A stretch of DNA of 60,184 nt, the filler included, from Sphacelaria rigidula (Eukaryota): assembly GCA_964200075.2 (NCBI GenBank). It is 6 parts of 6 records of this genome, joined end to end, with 100 filler letters (N's around TTAATTAATTAA, not from the genome) between each part and the next. Parts side by side here need not be neighbours in the genome. Positions count along the whole stretch, not along the records: positions 1 to 9,949 come from CAXNAA020007433.1; positions 10,050 to 19,997 come from CAXNAA020007434.1; 4 more parts are not named here. One strand, given 5' to 3'. The position numbers and the translations under genes are program-made. Below are positions 1 through 11,194 of the stretch, piece by piece. A model generated the notes under the pieces. The model was given only the letters and a program-made list of their open reading frames with translations. It was not told the DNA's origin and ran no database searches. Numbering within the stretch: position 1 is the stretch's first letter; each line of letters starts with the position of its first letter.

Positions 1-69
1 GAAGAAATCGTGAAGTTGGTGATTTTGAGTCGTGATGATTTCTCCTAACCGTGAATCCTATATACGCAG

Positions 70-2566
70 GCGTTCGGGCTCGGGGCTATGCTTCTCGCGT
101 CGGGAGAGCCCGGGCACCGCTCGGCGCTGCCTAACGCAAGCATCATGCTCCACCAACCGCGTAGCATGGCTAGGGGACAGGCGTCAGACATCGCCATCAA
201 GGCTAGAGAGGTTAGTTCGCCGCCCAAAAGCAGAGAAAAAGACGCTGCTGTCGCGGCATCAAAATACAAGGGAAGAGCGTCGTCGATTGCCAAATAGAGA
301 CCATACGTACTGTCGACACATGTGTATGTGTATGTGTATGTGTATGTATACATGCGTGTTCATTTTTCTCGGTCCTATTTTATTTCTATTCAATTTCCTT
401 TTACCTTGTTTTGGGTAGTCGGCCTTTGATCACGGAATTTGTCCGCATCAGATGCTCAGTACGGAAGTAGGAAGTAGTACGCAGATATCGGAACGGGTTT
501 TAATGTGAACACAACAGTTGCCAATACATGTATCCGTCCATGCCCTTGTGCCTGAAACGACTATATAACTATTTAGGTATATTATCGAATACCTTTGGTT
601 GCTGTGGTGTAGACAATGTAATGGGAGCTTTTTCGAAAAAATCAAAAGACGGCTGTCGACAGGCGCGTTCGCGATGCAACCAGCGACGGACGAAAATATT
701 TGATATCTCCCAAGAGCGTTGTCGAGCACCAGCTTTTGTGGACAAAGCGCTCCGTTCGTCGTTCTCTGTGTCACCCGTCCAGGGACACGAAAACCTAGAT
801 GGCTTTTTCGTACTGTCATGCCACCTGGGATTCGAAAGCAACATTTTTCTACAGTTCCACAGCTCTGCTGTCAAAGTTGCACGGGGTGATGGGATGGCAG
901 TCTGAATCCATCGTCAAAGCATCAGCTATTGGTGCGGTTCATCATGTTCACTTCTTGTTTTCGAGTTCATGGACAGGAAGCGAATTTCACAAATAGTTTT
1001 TTGCCGGGGTATCGAAGTCTCAAGCACTTGCCGATCACGAACTCTGCCGTAGTGTGGCAGCGCAATGTACACGTCCATACATATACTCACACATGCATAC
1101 TTGGAGGGTGTTGGTGACGAAACGGGATGGAGACTAAAAATGCGTGTTTTGCCATCGCAGCTCGAGTGTGAGACCATTGTCAAACGTACAAACTTAGAAT
1201 TCTTCCTTCTTTTGACGCAACTTTGCTTTTTGAGGCTTGGGTTCTGATGTAACAAGGGCTGAGGGCGTTATGCCCGATTGCACCGAGCTTTGGAATGTGG
1301 TGAGACTTTGGTCGGTGAAGTTCTGTCAACAGAACCCAGCTGCCGACTGCCATTGGAGGCACTCGACCGCCGCTCTGTGTCCGTCGGCATTCAGCCGTCC
1401 GTAGGGCTGACAGCAACACCTGGTGCTCGCACAATACGTCGATGCCCTCATTCATACCACCAAACCTTCGCTGGTTCCCGCTGCCAACCTTATGTAATTA
1501 CACCCCTTACCGGGGGCTGACCAGTTGGGCTGCTGTAGTCGTGACCTCTCCCTAGGAAAACTGAGTGGTGACGTCGAACCTCGTGTGTTGGTGCTGGGAC
1601 GAATCCTTCGCTGCTATTTCAGGTGATGGCCAACAGAAAGACGGCCACGTCTATGTTAGCGAGCGCATGTGGGAAGACCTACGACCAGGTCCTCGAAGAC
1701 TCGTCAAGAACGTTCTACATGTCCCCCGAGGAGGCGCTCGAGTACGGACTTATTGACCAGGTGAACGACTAGCTTGCATATAGCTTCTAGTCCCGTTATC
1801 GTCTCGGACCCTGATGCACTGATTTGAACTGGTGTCCGCACACTGAAAAACATCAAGTATGTCCGAAAATCGGAGATATCGCGACTTCTCAGATTATCGA
1901 ACGTCATGTGTTCTGGGGAATACGAAAGGGATCGTACAAGTGGAGGGTGGAGATGAATTGGATGTCCGAACCAGTTTCTACGCCGTCTTGGTATTTCCGA
2001 GAGCCCATTCTGAACCTATGAAAATCGGAGCGTTGTGTGTGAAACACGTGAGATGCTCTGTAGTAGCGTGGTCAAGGCCCGTTCTTTATTTTTTATTTTA
2101 CTGTATTCACGTAGTAATTCTACAGTAGTCACGTCATAGCGGTTGAGATATGATTTTGAATAAAGATCGTCGGGTGATTTGGGTCACGTCGTTGTGCTCG
2201 ATTTGACACTACCGTCAAGTTCTCATGTGGTCTGTTCGAAGTATTGCAGGTACGGAGAAAAACACCAAATAATATATGCAGTAGGTACATACCTCTGTCT
2301 ATCTTGCTTCTTGTCAGGGCAGGTCTGTTTGTACTCTTGTTTTGTGGTGGGATACAGCCTACAAGGTGAAAGTGATCGATTGTCGCACTTCAACTGAGAC
2401 CCCCCAGGGACTCAGCCGTTGTCACATGATAGACATGGTGTCTCTGTATCTCACCTTCCGAGGCTTTCCCGTTTCGTTCACGTCATATTTGTTTCAGGTG
2501 TTGACGGAACGCGGGGGGCTGGTGATCGAGAGAAAGCCGAAGTTCCTCGAGAGCCTAGCGTTTTAA
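70..2566 (+). CDS. clpR: ClpR, non-proteolytic Clp protease core subunit (last three exons: 70-210, 1623-1760, 2498-2566; 5' part outside contig)
   Basis: Three AG/GT-bounded phase-0 exons join to [115 protein letters not shown]. ClpP-family motifs are present (HQP, GQASDI, EYGLID). The nucleophile Ser position (AAS) reads AFG and the catalytic Asp position (RD) reads RT, as in ClpR. Confidence 0.9.
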
Positions 2567-3164
2567 CGGGGCCCTCCGATACTCGATTGACGACTTGATG
2601 CTCTTCGGCACCTTTGGTCTCCGTTTCCAGCCCTGTCTTCGCTCCGCTTGTGACACCCTAGCTAGCAGCTGCTAGCCTCACTTGAGTCGTGCTACGTTAA
2701 TGGCTGAGTCCCGCGACGCGGAGTTCTGTCGTAGCAATTCGGCCTGGAAACGGGTACCTCAATCCTGTGTTCATCCCCTTCGTGCTGGGCGTTTTGCGTC
2801 GTTACAAGTGGTGGGAATAGGCCGGGGTGACTTGCCGCCCTCTCATGTAGCACACCATACCTGTCGAGCTTGAGTCATCATGGGAAGGTGGCTACCTTGG
2901 CTGTCGAGGACATTTTGTGGAGTGGCTAATGGGTATGAAACCCGTGTCTTCGATGCTCGAGCGTTGTAGCTGGTGTAGTTGTGGCGCTTTGGAGGTCGAC
3001 GATGCATCCATGATACACGCCATTTACGGTGCTATGTATACCTTGCATGAAACGTGTAGTTCGGCGAGTTATGGCCAAAAAAGGGCGGATAAAGTTGTGC
3101 AGGTCGCGGTTTTGTTGGGACGAAAGAGTGTTCACGGTACGGCTGTGTGATTTTTCCCGTGGGT

Positions 3165-3600
3165 CTCCCAGACCGTCTCGAGACGATGACTGGGTCAGCC
3201 GCGAACCGCGGTAAGTTCACATCGGTTACGGCTACGCGGAAGATGTTGAACAAAGGCGAGGGAGAAACTCATCCTTGCCTGAGTCCCGTGCAGACATAAA
3301 ACCCCGCTGGTACCAAAGTTCATCATCCATATGTACTCGACTCCGGAAACCGTCGTGATACGAACGACCTTGATCATTCGCGTTGGTAATCTACACCGGG
3401 CAAGTACTTCGCACGGGTGCGTGTGGTGTCCGGAATCGTAGTCCTTCTGCAGGTATTCGATGAAGCACATGTTCAGTGGAACCTTGCTCACCCGGCGCAA
3501 TTCCTCTAGAGTTGGCGTGCTACGAACATCCTGTCCGTGGTCGATCATCGCGTTGGAATCCTCCCTGTTATTCCGGGAGATCCCTCCTCGCTGGAACTTC
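3165..3600 (-). mobile_element. Decayed RTE-type LINE reverse transcriptase fragment
   Basis: Frameshifted peptides VPLNMCFIEYLQKDYDS..EVLARCRLPTRMIKVVR and FNIF..PRFAADPVIVS resemble LINE RT motifs (CFIDLQKAYDSV, SPLLFNIF). Confidence 0.8.
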
Positions 3601-4087
3601 CCAGCCTGTTGGCTACGATTTTGAGGAGAACTTGCACTGCATGTTCCACAACTTACTGTACTCGGTATACCTCTGACGTTGTCTAGCACAGTGATGGTGG
3701 CATATTTCGACTCCTCCTGCGGTACCTCGCCCGATGTCCAAACCGCAGCGATGATGCTGTGGAAGTGGTACTCAACTTCCGGAGGCTTCCCTCGCCTAGC
3801 CCAGGCTTGGGTACTGCAACGGGTAGGCCGCTCGGGCCCGCCCGTTTGCCGTTGGCCATAGCTCTCAGGGCGTCCTCGTTATTACTTGGGCTTGACGGGT
3901 ATCCGAAGTATCGGTCGTTGTGCGCTACTACTCTCGATGATGGCCCTGTCGACTGTTACCGACATGGCATTCAGCAAGGTGGACAAGCGCCATTCCAATT
4001 TGTCACAAATTGGGTTGTTGTCCCGCAATAGGCCCTGTTCTGCGATTTATACATTCACCAATGAAACCGAGCTCTTGGCATATGTCG

Positions 4088-4300
4088 GACCAAAGCTGGA
4101 ATGTGCAGGAGAAGTACGGGAAGGCAACGTGAAATTGGTGGAGAGGTTGGAAACAATACAGATGACAGCAGCTAAGAAAATACGTGGATGCTCGAAAACG
4201 ACGAGTAATAATACAGTTTTGAGAGCAGAGTTGGGAATGTACTTACCTGAAACAAAGAGAGACACGAGGAAACTGCGATGGCAATATAGCTTGAAAAACA
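4088..4300 (+). mobile_element. LINE ORF2 C-terminal (post-RT) fragment
   Basis: PKLECAGEVREGNVKLVERLETIQMTAAKKIRGCSKTTSNNTVLRAELGMY matches the typical post-RT region of LINE ORF2 (P.LEY..W...LE.VQ..A.K.ILG....T....LR.ELG). Confidence 0.75.
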
Positions 4301-4768
4301 ACGTGTTCTTATCTAGACTTGGCCAAAAAAATACGTGGTTAATATCTCTTCACTTTTGACTACATGTGGACTCCTAGGGGATCCATCAAAGCGCGACAAT
4401 CGATCAATCATAGATGACGTGGCAAATGCAGTAGCCGGAGCTTGGCTATCTGTAGGAATGAAATACTTGATGTTCCGTTACTCCTTGTAGACACCACCAC
4501 CATTTTGCCCTGTCTCTCTGTAGTAATGGTACACCTGGGTAGCCGGTCAACGTTACATGTGATGAAAAGTCGACAGAACCAGGCCAATATGGAAGATGGA
4601 TACGACAACAGTGCCGACAAAATGATACAGGGTCAAATCTTGTCTTTCAGTTACAACAGCTGTACAACCTAGCACTTTGCTTTTTTTCCTTGTCAGGAGA
4701 ACAGTCTGACAGTCCCGCCAGCAAACACTGCATCGTACCCCTCTACTTGTGCCTCTTGACACGGCTTC

Positions 4769-5070
4769 ATGTGCTCAAGTATGCGATTAGCAGCTGCCGC
4801 AGCCGCAATCGCTGTAGGGACAAAATCATGGCATCCTGCGGAAGGCTTCGTGATGCCCCTAGTGACTAACGCCCTGGCGAGTAGTGGGTCAAATGCACGA
4901 GTGGGCCAAAGTGCAAGTCCCAAGACGTCTTCGTTGCGCTGCGGTAGTGTTTTGATTTCCGGCCGTACGCGGGTAGATAGAGTGGATATCATGTCCATGA
5001 GTGCGGCTGAAGGTGTGGAGCAGCAAGGAGAAGAAGCCGAAGTCGTGGTGATCGGAAGTGGTATCGCAGG
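4769..5070 (+). CDS. Exon 1 of a plastid-targeted FAD-dependent oxidoreductase, probably carotenoid isomerase (CRTISO)/phytoene desaturase family; remaining exons not found in contig
   Basis: ATG at 4769 or 4781. A hydrophobic signal peptide ends AEG-F (ASAFAP-like), followed by a Ser/Arg-rich transit peptide and the Rossmann start EEAEVVVIGSGIAG. A phase-2 donor GG|GTGAGA follows at 5071. The family call rests on only about 14 mature residues. Confidence 0.7.
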
Positions 5071-5596
5071 GTGAGAGCATGCCTGCTATCTCATGTGTTG
5101 TTTGTGCTGCACGTTGGAAGTGGTTTCTTTGGTGTGTATGACACATGATCGCCAGTGTGTGGATATTGGAGTGCAGTACAGCACAGCACACAAAATAGAT
5201 CAGTTAAAACTACAGTACGAGTACAACGGTGCTGTTTCGTTACGCTACAAGTATGCACCTTTGTGGGGCTTCCACGGAGTAGCCAGCCATTTTTTTTTCG
5301 TGTTTTGGGCTCAACATATTCCAAAAGACGGTACGATCCATTTTTTATTCATGGCGTTTGAAGGTGGATACAAAACATTGGTAGAATTGGATTGAGGTAG
5401 GGGATTGCATGATGGAGCAGGAGATGGGAATAGTCGTCCCAAGGGGTTGGTATCTACCGTACATGTAAGGGGGGTAGCATCCAGCGCGTCTTGATAAAAA
5501 ACGTGCGAATGGCGATACCGCTGGCTTTTTTTTTTATCTTCACATTCGAACCGTTTCGATTTCTGCACAGTACTTCTTATTTTCGTACTGGACACC

Positions 5597-5783
5597 TGAT
5601 GCGGACGCCTTGCGTGGTCACAGGCTAACTACCCAGAATAGGGTATAAGGATATCAGCTAGTCATGAAGCATATACGGGATGGCCAGGGTAGTCAGTAAG
5701 ATACACCATGTTAGGATAAGGTACAGTAGGTACATGCCTGTTTGAGTTCTGACTGTTACACGGGATGACTTTATACCGTGTCA
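5597..5783 (+). mobile_element. Candidate LTR preceding a leader and gag-like ORF
   Basis: Termini TGATGCGG...CCGTGTCA (TG..CA with short inverted ends) lie immediately upstream of the repeated leader/ORF unit. No canonical PBS was seen. Confidence 0.35.
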
Positions 5784-6125
5784 GGTGTGACATGCGTGAG
5801 TGCGTGTATTTGCTGTATTGATACCTCGACTTTACAAGCTCATTCTCTTCCATTTCCATCCAACAACGCTATATTTACATTTCACCACATCCTGATCGCG
5901 GCAGTCAGCCGTGTCCACTGATCGACTATCACAGTCGTGTTCACTGATCGACTATCGCAGTCGTGTCTGCACCTCATCCTCTCACGGAAGCCACGAAGCT
6001 ACGAACACTCTAGAGCCCTACCCAACTTGGGAGCTCTGTCGCCGAAGTGAACGATGACAGACTGGAACACCGCGGAGAGACACTCGGCTATCGTGGGAGA
6101 CACGTCGTCTCCGACGAAAATGTTA

Positions 6126-7547
6126 GGCGGTGTTTTAAGGAAACAAGGAAAATGATGATCATTTTGTGATAGTGACAGTTAAGTGACGGTTCACAACTTC
6201 ATCATCACGAGAAATCACGCGCCGTTTTAATCGAGCATGCTAGGGTGGGAAACAAGTGATGCCGAGACGGTTAAACAGCACGCGAACGGACCAGCGACTT
6301 CAACAAGGGCGACAATCACGCGCAATGAGGTATGGGTATTGTCGCAGATCGAAAGGCGGACCGCCTTCCGCACGAGAAGGAGAAGAAGCAACAGCAGCAG
6401 TATCAGCAGCATCTTTACTGCCAGTAGATGTACGCGGCTGGGGGTGGGTCTAAATCAGCCGGTACCGATGCTGCTGCTGTTGCTGCTGCTACTGCCGTTA
6501 TCCCTCATGGGAGAGACGGTCCGCGTTTCGATCGTGCTACAACGCCCACGCATCTTGCACGTGATAGCCACCGTGCTGGAAAGCGCTGGTCCGTACTACC
6601 CGCCGATGCGTCTATGCTTCCTCACTAGGCTAAGTGCTGGGAGATGTAGCTGCGCGCATCTTTCTGTGCGAGCTGTGCACGTCGTGTGTGTCTCGCACGC
6701 GTGGCTGCTGCTGGTGATGGGGATAAATGCAGCGTCCAATACAGCGGAAAACAAATGATATGTACTCGTATTGAAAATGCTATGGGAGCAACAACACGCA
6801 AACACATCATGGTCGATTTCAAGCAGGAGGGGGCAATAACGCGCCAGGTGCATGGGTATTGTCGCACGTCGAAACGCGGATCGCCTTCCGCACGAGAAGA
6901 AACAGCAGGAGCAGCAGCAGCATCTTTATCGCCAGTAAATGTGTACGGCTGGGGGTGGGTCTGAATCAGCCGGTGCCGATGCTGCTACTGCTGCTACTGC
7001 TACTGCTGCTGCTGCTGCTGCTCTTGATTGTAGACGGCCCGTGTTTCGACCGTGCGACAACACCCACGCACCTTGCGAGTGATGGCCACCGTGCTGGACA
7101 GCGCTGGTACGTACTACCCGCCGATGGGTCCATGCTTGCTCACTCCGCGAAGTTCTGGGAGATACACCTGTGCGCATTTCTCTGTGGGAGATGTGCACGT
7201 GGAGTGTGCCTCCCACGCGTGGCTATTGCTGGTGATGGGATTGAAGCCAGCGTGGCTACTGCTAGTGACGGGAAACCAACCGTCTGTCCCATGAACAGCC
7301 CAACAGCCCACGCCTTGCAACCACGTGTCGTTGCTCTTCGCATTCTCACGCAAATGTCCATCCGCTCTCACGGAAAATAGTCTCCAAATATTAATTTTCG
7401 TGAAAGTGATTTTGGGGGAGGTGAGAATGTGGCATCAAATCACAACCGATCGGAATCATGAAACCCCCCCCCAAAATCCCCAACCGCCACAGTCACTTTC
7501 ACTATCACGTCGCGTTCCCACATTTTTAAACTCGATAACACGGGACC
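6126..7547. mobile_element. Non-autonomous DNA transposon insertion, PIF/Harbinger-like (TTA target duplication)
   Basis: It interrupts the repeated unit exactly at TTA (6123-6125 and 7548-7550), and the uninterrupted copy reads AAAATATTAGAGG. The ends GGCGGTGTTTT and rc GGTCCCGTGTTAT both carry GTGATAGTGA about 40 nt in. There is an internal tandem duplication (about 6295-6725 vs 6815-7240). Confidence 0.65.
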
Positions 7548-8171
7548 TTAGAGGTGAAGAAAGACGTCGCCAGCTTGCAAGGGTCGGTGTCAAGAATTAC
7601 AGAGCAGCTGGCTGAGCTGAGGATGATCATGTCCCAATTAGTGCGCGGGACATCGTCCACTGGCCACGGAGCGGCAGCGGACGCGGAGGGAGAGTCAGGC
7701 GACTGTAAGTACACCGTCGCTGGTGCCAGAACAGGGAGGGTCCGGTTACCACAAGGAGGAGGGATGGGATTAGACCCTCTTCAAGAATCCGTGGGCGATG
7801 GATCAGTCCATGTGAGTGTGAAAGGGGATTCCCAGGCAACCTACCCACATCTCATCGAACGAATCGAGACGTGGGTAGGTTGCCTGGGAATCCCCCTTCA
7901 CACTCACATGGACTGATCCATCGCCCACGGATTCTTGAAGAGGGTCTAATCCCATCCCTCCTCCGTGTGGTAACCAGACCCTCCCTGTTCTGGCACCAGC
8001 GACGGTGTGCCTACAGTCGCCTGACTCTCCCTCCGCGTCCGCTGCCGCTCCGTGGCCAGTGGACGATGTCCCGCGCACTAATTGGGACATGATCATCCTC
8101 AGCTCAGCCAGCTGCTCGATAATTCCCGACACCGACCCTTGCAAGCTGGCGACGTCTTTCTTCACCTCTAA
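7548..8171. repeat. Long near-perfect inverted repeat (306-bp arms, 12-nt loop 7854-7865)
   Basis: 7548-7853 is the reverse complement of 7866-8171, with 10 substitutions and no indels by manual alignment. Confidence 0.95.
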
Positions 8172-9181
8172 TATTTTCGTCGGAGACGACGTGTCTCCCA
8201 CGATAGCCGAGTGTCTCTCCGCGGTGTTCCAGTCTGCCATCGTCCACTTCGGCCACAGAGCTCCCAAGTTGGGTAGGGCTCTAGAGTGTTTGTAGCTTCG
8301 TGTCCTCTGTGAGAGGATGGGATGCAGACGCGACCGCGATAGTCGATCAGCGAACACGACTGACAGTTGATCAGTGGACACGGCTGACTGCCGCTATCAA
8401 GATGTGGCAGAATGTATACCAAGTGTGTGTTTCCTGTATTGATACCTCAAGCCTACAAGCTCACTCTCTTTCCTTTCCATCCATCAGCGCTATATATACA
8501 TTTTACCACATCCTGATCGGCAGTCAGCCGCGTCCACTGGTCGACTCCGAGTAGCACAGTCGTGTTCACTGATCGACTATCGCAGTCGTGTCTGCACTCC
8601 ATCCTCTCGCGGAAGACACGAAGCTACAAACAAAGTAGAACCGCGAACAATTGAAATTCACACATACTGACTCTATAATGAAAGTATGTGATACTAATGA
8701 TTTCGGCGACAAGGATTGAGGAGGGGCGGTCGTCCACGGACGGGTGAGGTCTGGTTGAGCCTCCTGGACGAGACACTCACTACAGACTAGAACCAGAGTG
8801 CATAACGAAGGAGGAAGTGTTGCATCACGAAAGGAAACAGAGGGGGCACTGTTTGGGATCATGGACATCGGCGAGGATGGACGGTTGGGTTGGCCATGGA
8901 TGCTAGTGAAGACAGATGGGAGCGTAAGGAGGTCAACTTCGAAGAGGACCTTGCAGAGGAGAAGAGTAAAGCAGGCTGCTAGTTTCGTTGAGCGCGGAAT
9001 ATTATTTTCCTGTTGGATTTTTGATATAGTTGTTTGTTGTGGATACTACATACACATGGTATCCCATGTTTTCATGGTTGAATATAGGACACTCTGGACA
9101 GATTCTGTTTCTTGCTGATGGCGCTATGCCGTGTGTAGGATAGACACGCCCTGTCTGTCTTGTTTCCATGACGGTGCTACT

Positions 9182-9760
9182 TGACCAGAACCCGAACGAG
9201 ATCGTAGTTCCTGGCTTTCCCTCCTCGTTGCCATCGGCTCTTCCTTTTTTGTTCTTCTTGTCTTTTTTGGATCTTCTATCTGACGTTGTTCAGTTTCCGG
9301 TGAGCAGGCTCTGTAGAGGATCTCTTTGATTAGCACTCTACACAGTAGATCTATTTTGGGATCGGTCTCCGTTCTACGCGACAGTTTTGATGATCGGCTT
9401 ACTCGCTGTTACTGCTCTGTGTATACACCAGTACGTGCAAGGTAAGTCGGAGAGATCGCACGCGGGGACTTTTTAGATTCCAGTAGGTCTCCTGTAGTTC
9501 AATCAGTCTTATACGGATCTATCGTAGTGTAGGTGCCCCTTTTCGTGTAGATGCTTTGTTTCTTGCCTTCCTCTGCGGAATGTTTGATTTATGGGTATGG
9601 GTGGTATGCTCCTTGCACTCTGTGACCACGGGTTCGACAGATCGGGCTAATGTGACGAACATAATAATAATAGTAATGATGATGATAATAATGATAATAA
9701 TAATAGTAATAATAATGTCGATAATGATAATAATAATAATGATGATAATAATAATAATAT

Positions 9761-9795
<35 letters not shown>

Positions 9796-9949
9796 ATCCC
9801 ATATGATCCAGAACCCGAGAGAGGTCGTAGTTCCTTGTTTTCCCTCCTCGTTACCGTCAGGTTGTCCTATTATGTTCTTGTCTTTTTTGGATCTTCCTAT
9901 CTAGCGTTTTTCAATCTCCGGTGCGCAGGTTCTGTAGAGCATGTCTTTG
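9182..9949 (+). repeat. Two copies of an LTR-like repeat (about 9182-9639 and 9804 to contig end) separated by an (ATA/ATG)n(CTA)n microsatellite (9661-9795)
   Basis: CCAGAACCCGA..TCGTAGTTCC..TCTTTTTTGGATCTT..CTGTAGAG recurs at about 9185 and 9808. The first copy has TGACCAGAACCCG...CGGGTTCGACA termini. Confidence 0.55.
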
Positions 9950-10049
9950 NNNNNNNNNNNNNNNNNNNNNNNNNNNNNNNNNNNNNNNNNNNNTTAATTA
10001 ATTAANNNNNNNNNNNNNNNNNNNNNNNNNNNNNNNNNNNNNNNNNNNN
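9950..10049. other. Artificial contig linker (N..TTAATTAATTAA..N); identical linkers at 19998-20097, 30045-30144, 40092-40191, 50139-50238
   Basis: Each is an identical 100-bp linker with a six-frame stop cassette, and contig lengths never increase (9949 down to 9946). Confidence 0.97.
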
Positions 10050-11073
10050 TACCGTGGTATCGTAGGTATCGTGGGTATGGGATTTCAAAATACCGGATGG
10101 GGTCGGTATCTGTAGGGTATCAGATGTTCCCAATACCGGTACCGGGTACCTACCTTACCCTCTCTACCGAACTTAAAACCGTCTTCTGGCAGTGCGAAGC
10201 GTTTCAGATCCGGGTGCAAGTTGAGCAGTCGAAGTTTTCATGTGCCCCAGGTTGGAAGTCGCCCCCCACCCGAACACAATGCACCCCGGGCCGAGGGAGA
10301 AAACGAGAGCCAGCGCGAATGGCAGCTGACGCGACATCCCTGCGCCCATAGGTGCAGTAGTACGCAAGAGTAGAGTTTGCCCGTCCATGTGTAGTTATAT
10401 TTCTTCATTCAGAGCACCCGGCAATTTCGCAGATATTACGGTAAAGTAATATGGAAGGTTATTTAATTGGTATTTTGGCACATTGTTGTGTAAATTGTAT
10501 GCCTCCTGCGACCTTGTTTTTTTTTCCCCCTCATTTTCGTTTTTTCCTGCTTGCTTGCTTGCACGTGGAATATCATTGCATGTGATGCTCATCTTCGACA
10601 TGGAACAATGTAAACCTTTGAATGATGATTTAATATCTATAACCGCACACCGAAAACATCAGACGACATAGGAATAATTAATTTGAATTGATCCAAACAC
10701 GAAAATCAGGGGGGGTCTGGGTATTAATTACCTATGAAAATAAGACGTGCCTGCTCCGACAGCTTCTGGCCTCAGCGTGAGTTGGCACCAGCTATTGCAT
10801 CGTGGGGAGTGCATAGCGTTCGGTAAATACCGGGGGTAAAAATACCGGATTGAGCGGGTAGGGTAGGTATTGAAATCTCGGAGTACCGTGGTATCGTAGG
10901 TATGAGATTCCAAAATACCGGATTGGGCGGGTAGGGTAGGTATTGAATTTTCGAAATACCGTGGTATCGCAGGAATCGTAGGTATGAGATTTCAAAATAC
11001 CGGATTGGGTCGGTATCGGTAGGGTATCAGATGTCCCAAATACCGGTACCGGGTACCTACCTTACCTACGGTG
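10050..11073 (+). repeat. GGTA/TACC-rich repeat element, two copies (10050-10165 truncated by contig start; about 10812-11073 with roughly 75-bp internal tandem units)
   Basis: Both copies end CAGATGT..AATACCGGTACCGGGTACCTACCTTACC. The second copy repeats AAAATACCGGATTG(G/A)G three times. Confidence 0.75.
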
Positions 11074-11194
11074 CCTGTGATATATTGATATGTATTGCAA
11101 GGGACACAATGGCGTTGCACGAGTCAGTCAATGGTCTATGGCGATGACACTAGAATATCACTGGCCATCGATGGACATCGTACACCGCAATAGA

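Larger units (their letters stand above)
5797..8632. repeat. Rearranged retroelement-like unit in three copies: + (5797-6125 continuing at 7548-7853), - (7866-8418), + partial (8421-8632)
   Basis: Direct comparison of the copies. The minus copy reads MADWNTAERHSAIVGDTSSPTKILEVKKDVASLQGSVSGIIEQLAELRMIMSQLVRG, a coiled-coil-like N-terminus that is gag-like by inference. Confidence 0.85.

Noticed and set aside
6237..7380. Two 173-aa ORFs with poly-Leu runs
   Set aside because: They come from (CTG)n tracts in the duplicated interior of a non-autonomous element and show no recognisable domain.
9556..10005. Hydrophobic Ile/Met/Leu-rich ORF
   Set aside because: It is a translation of a trinucleotide microsatellite running into the N linker.
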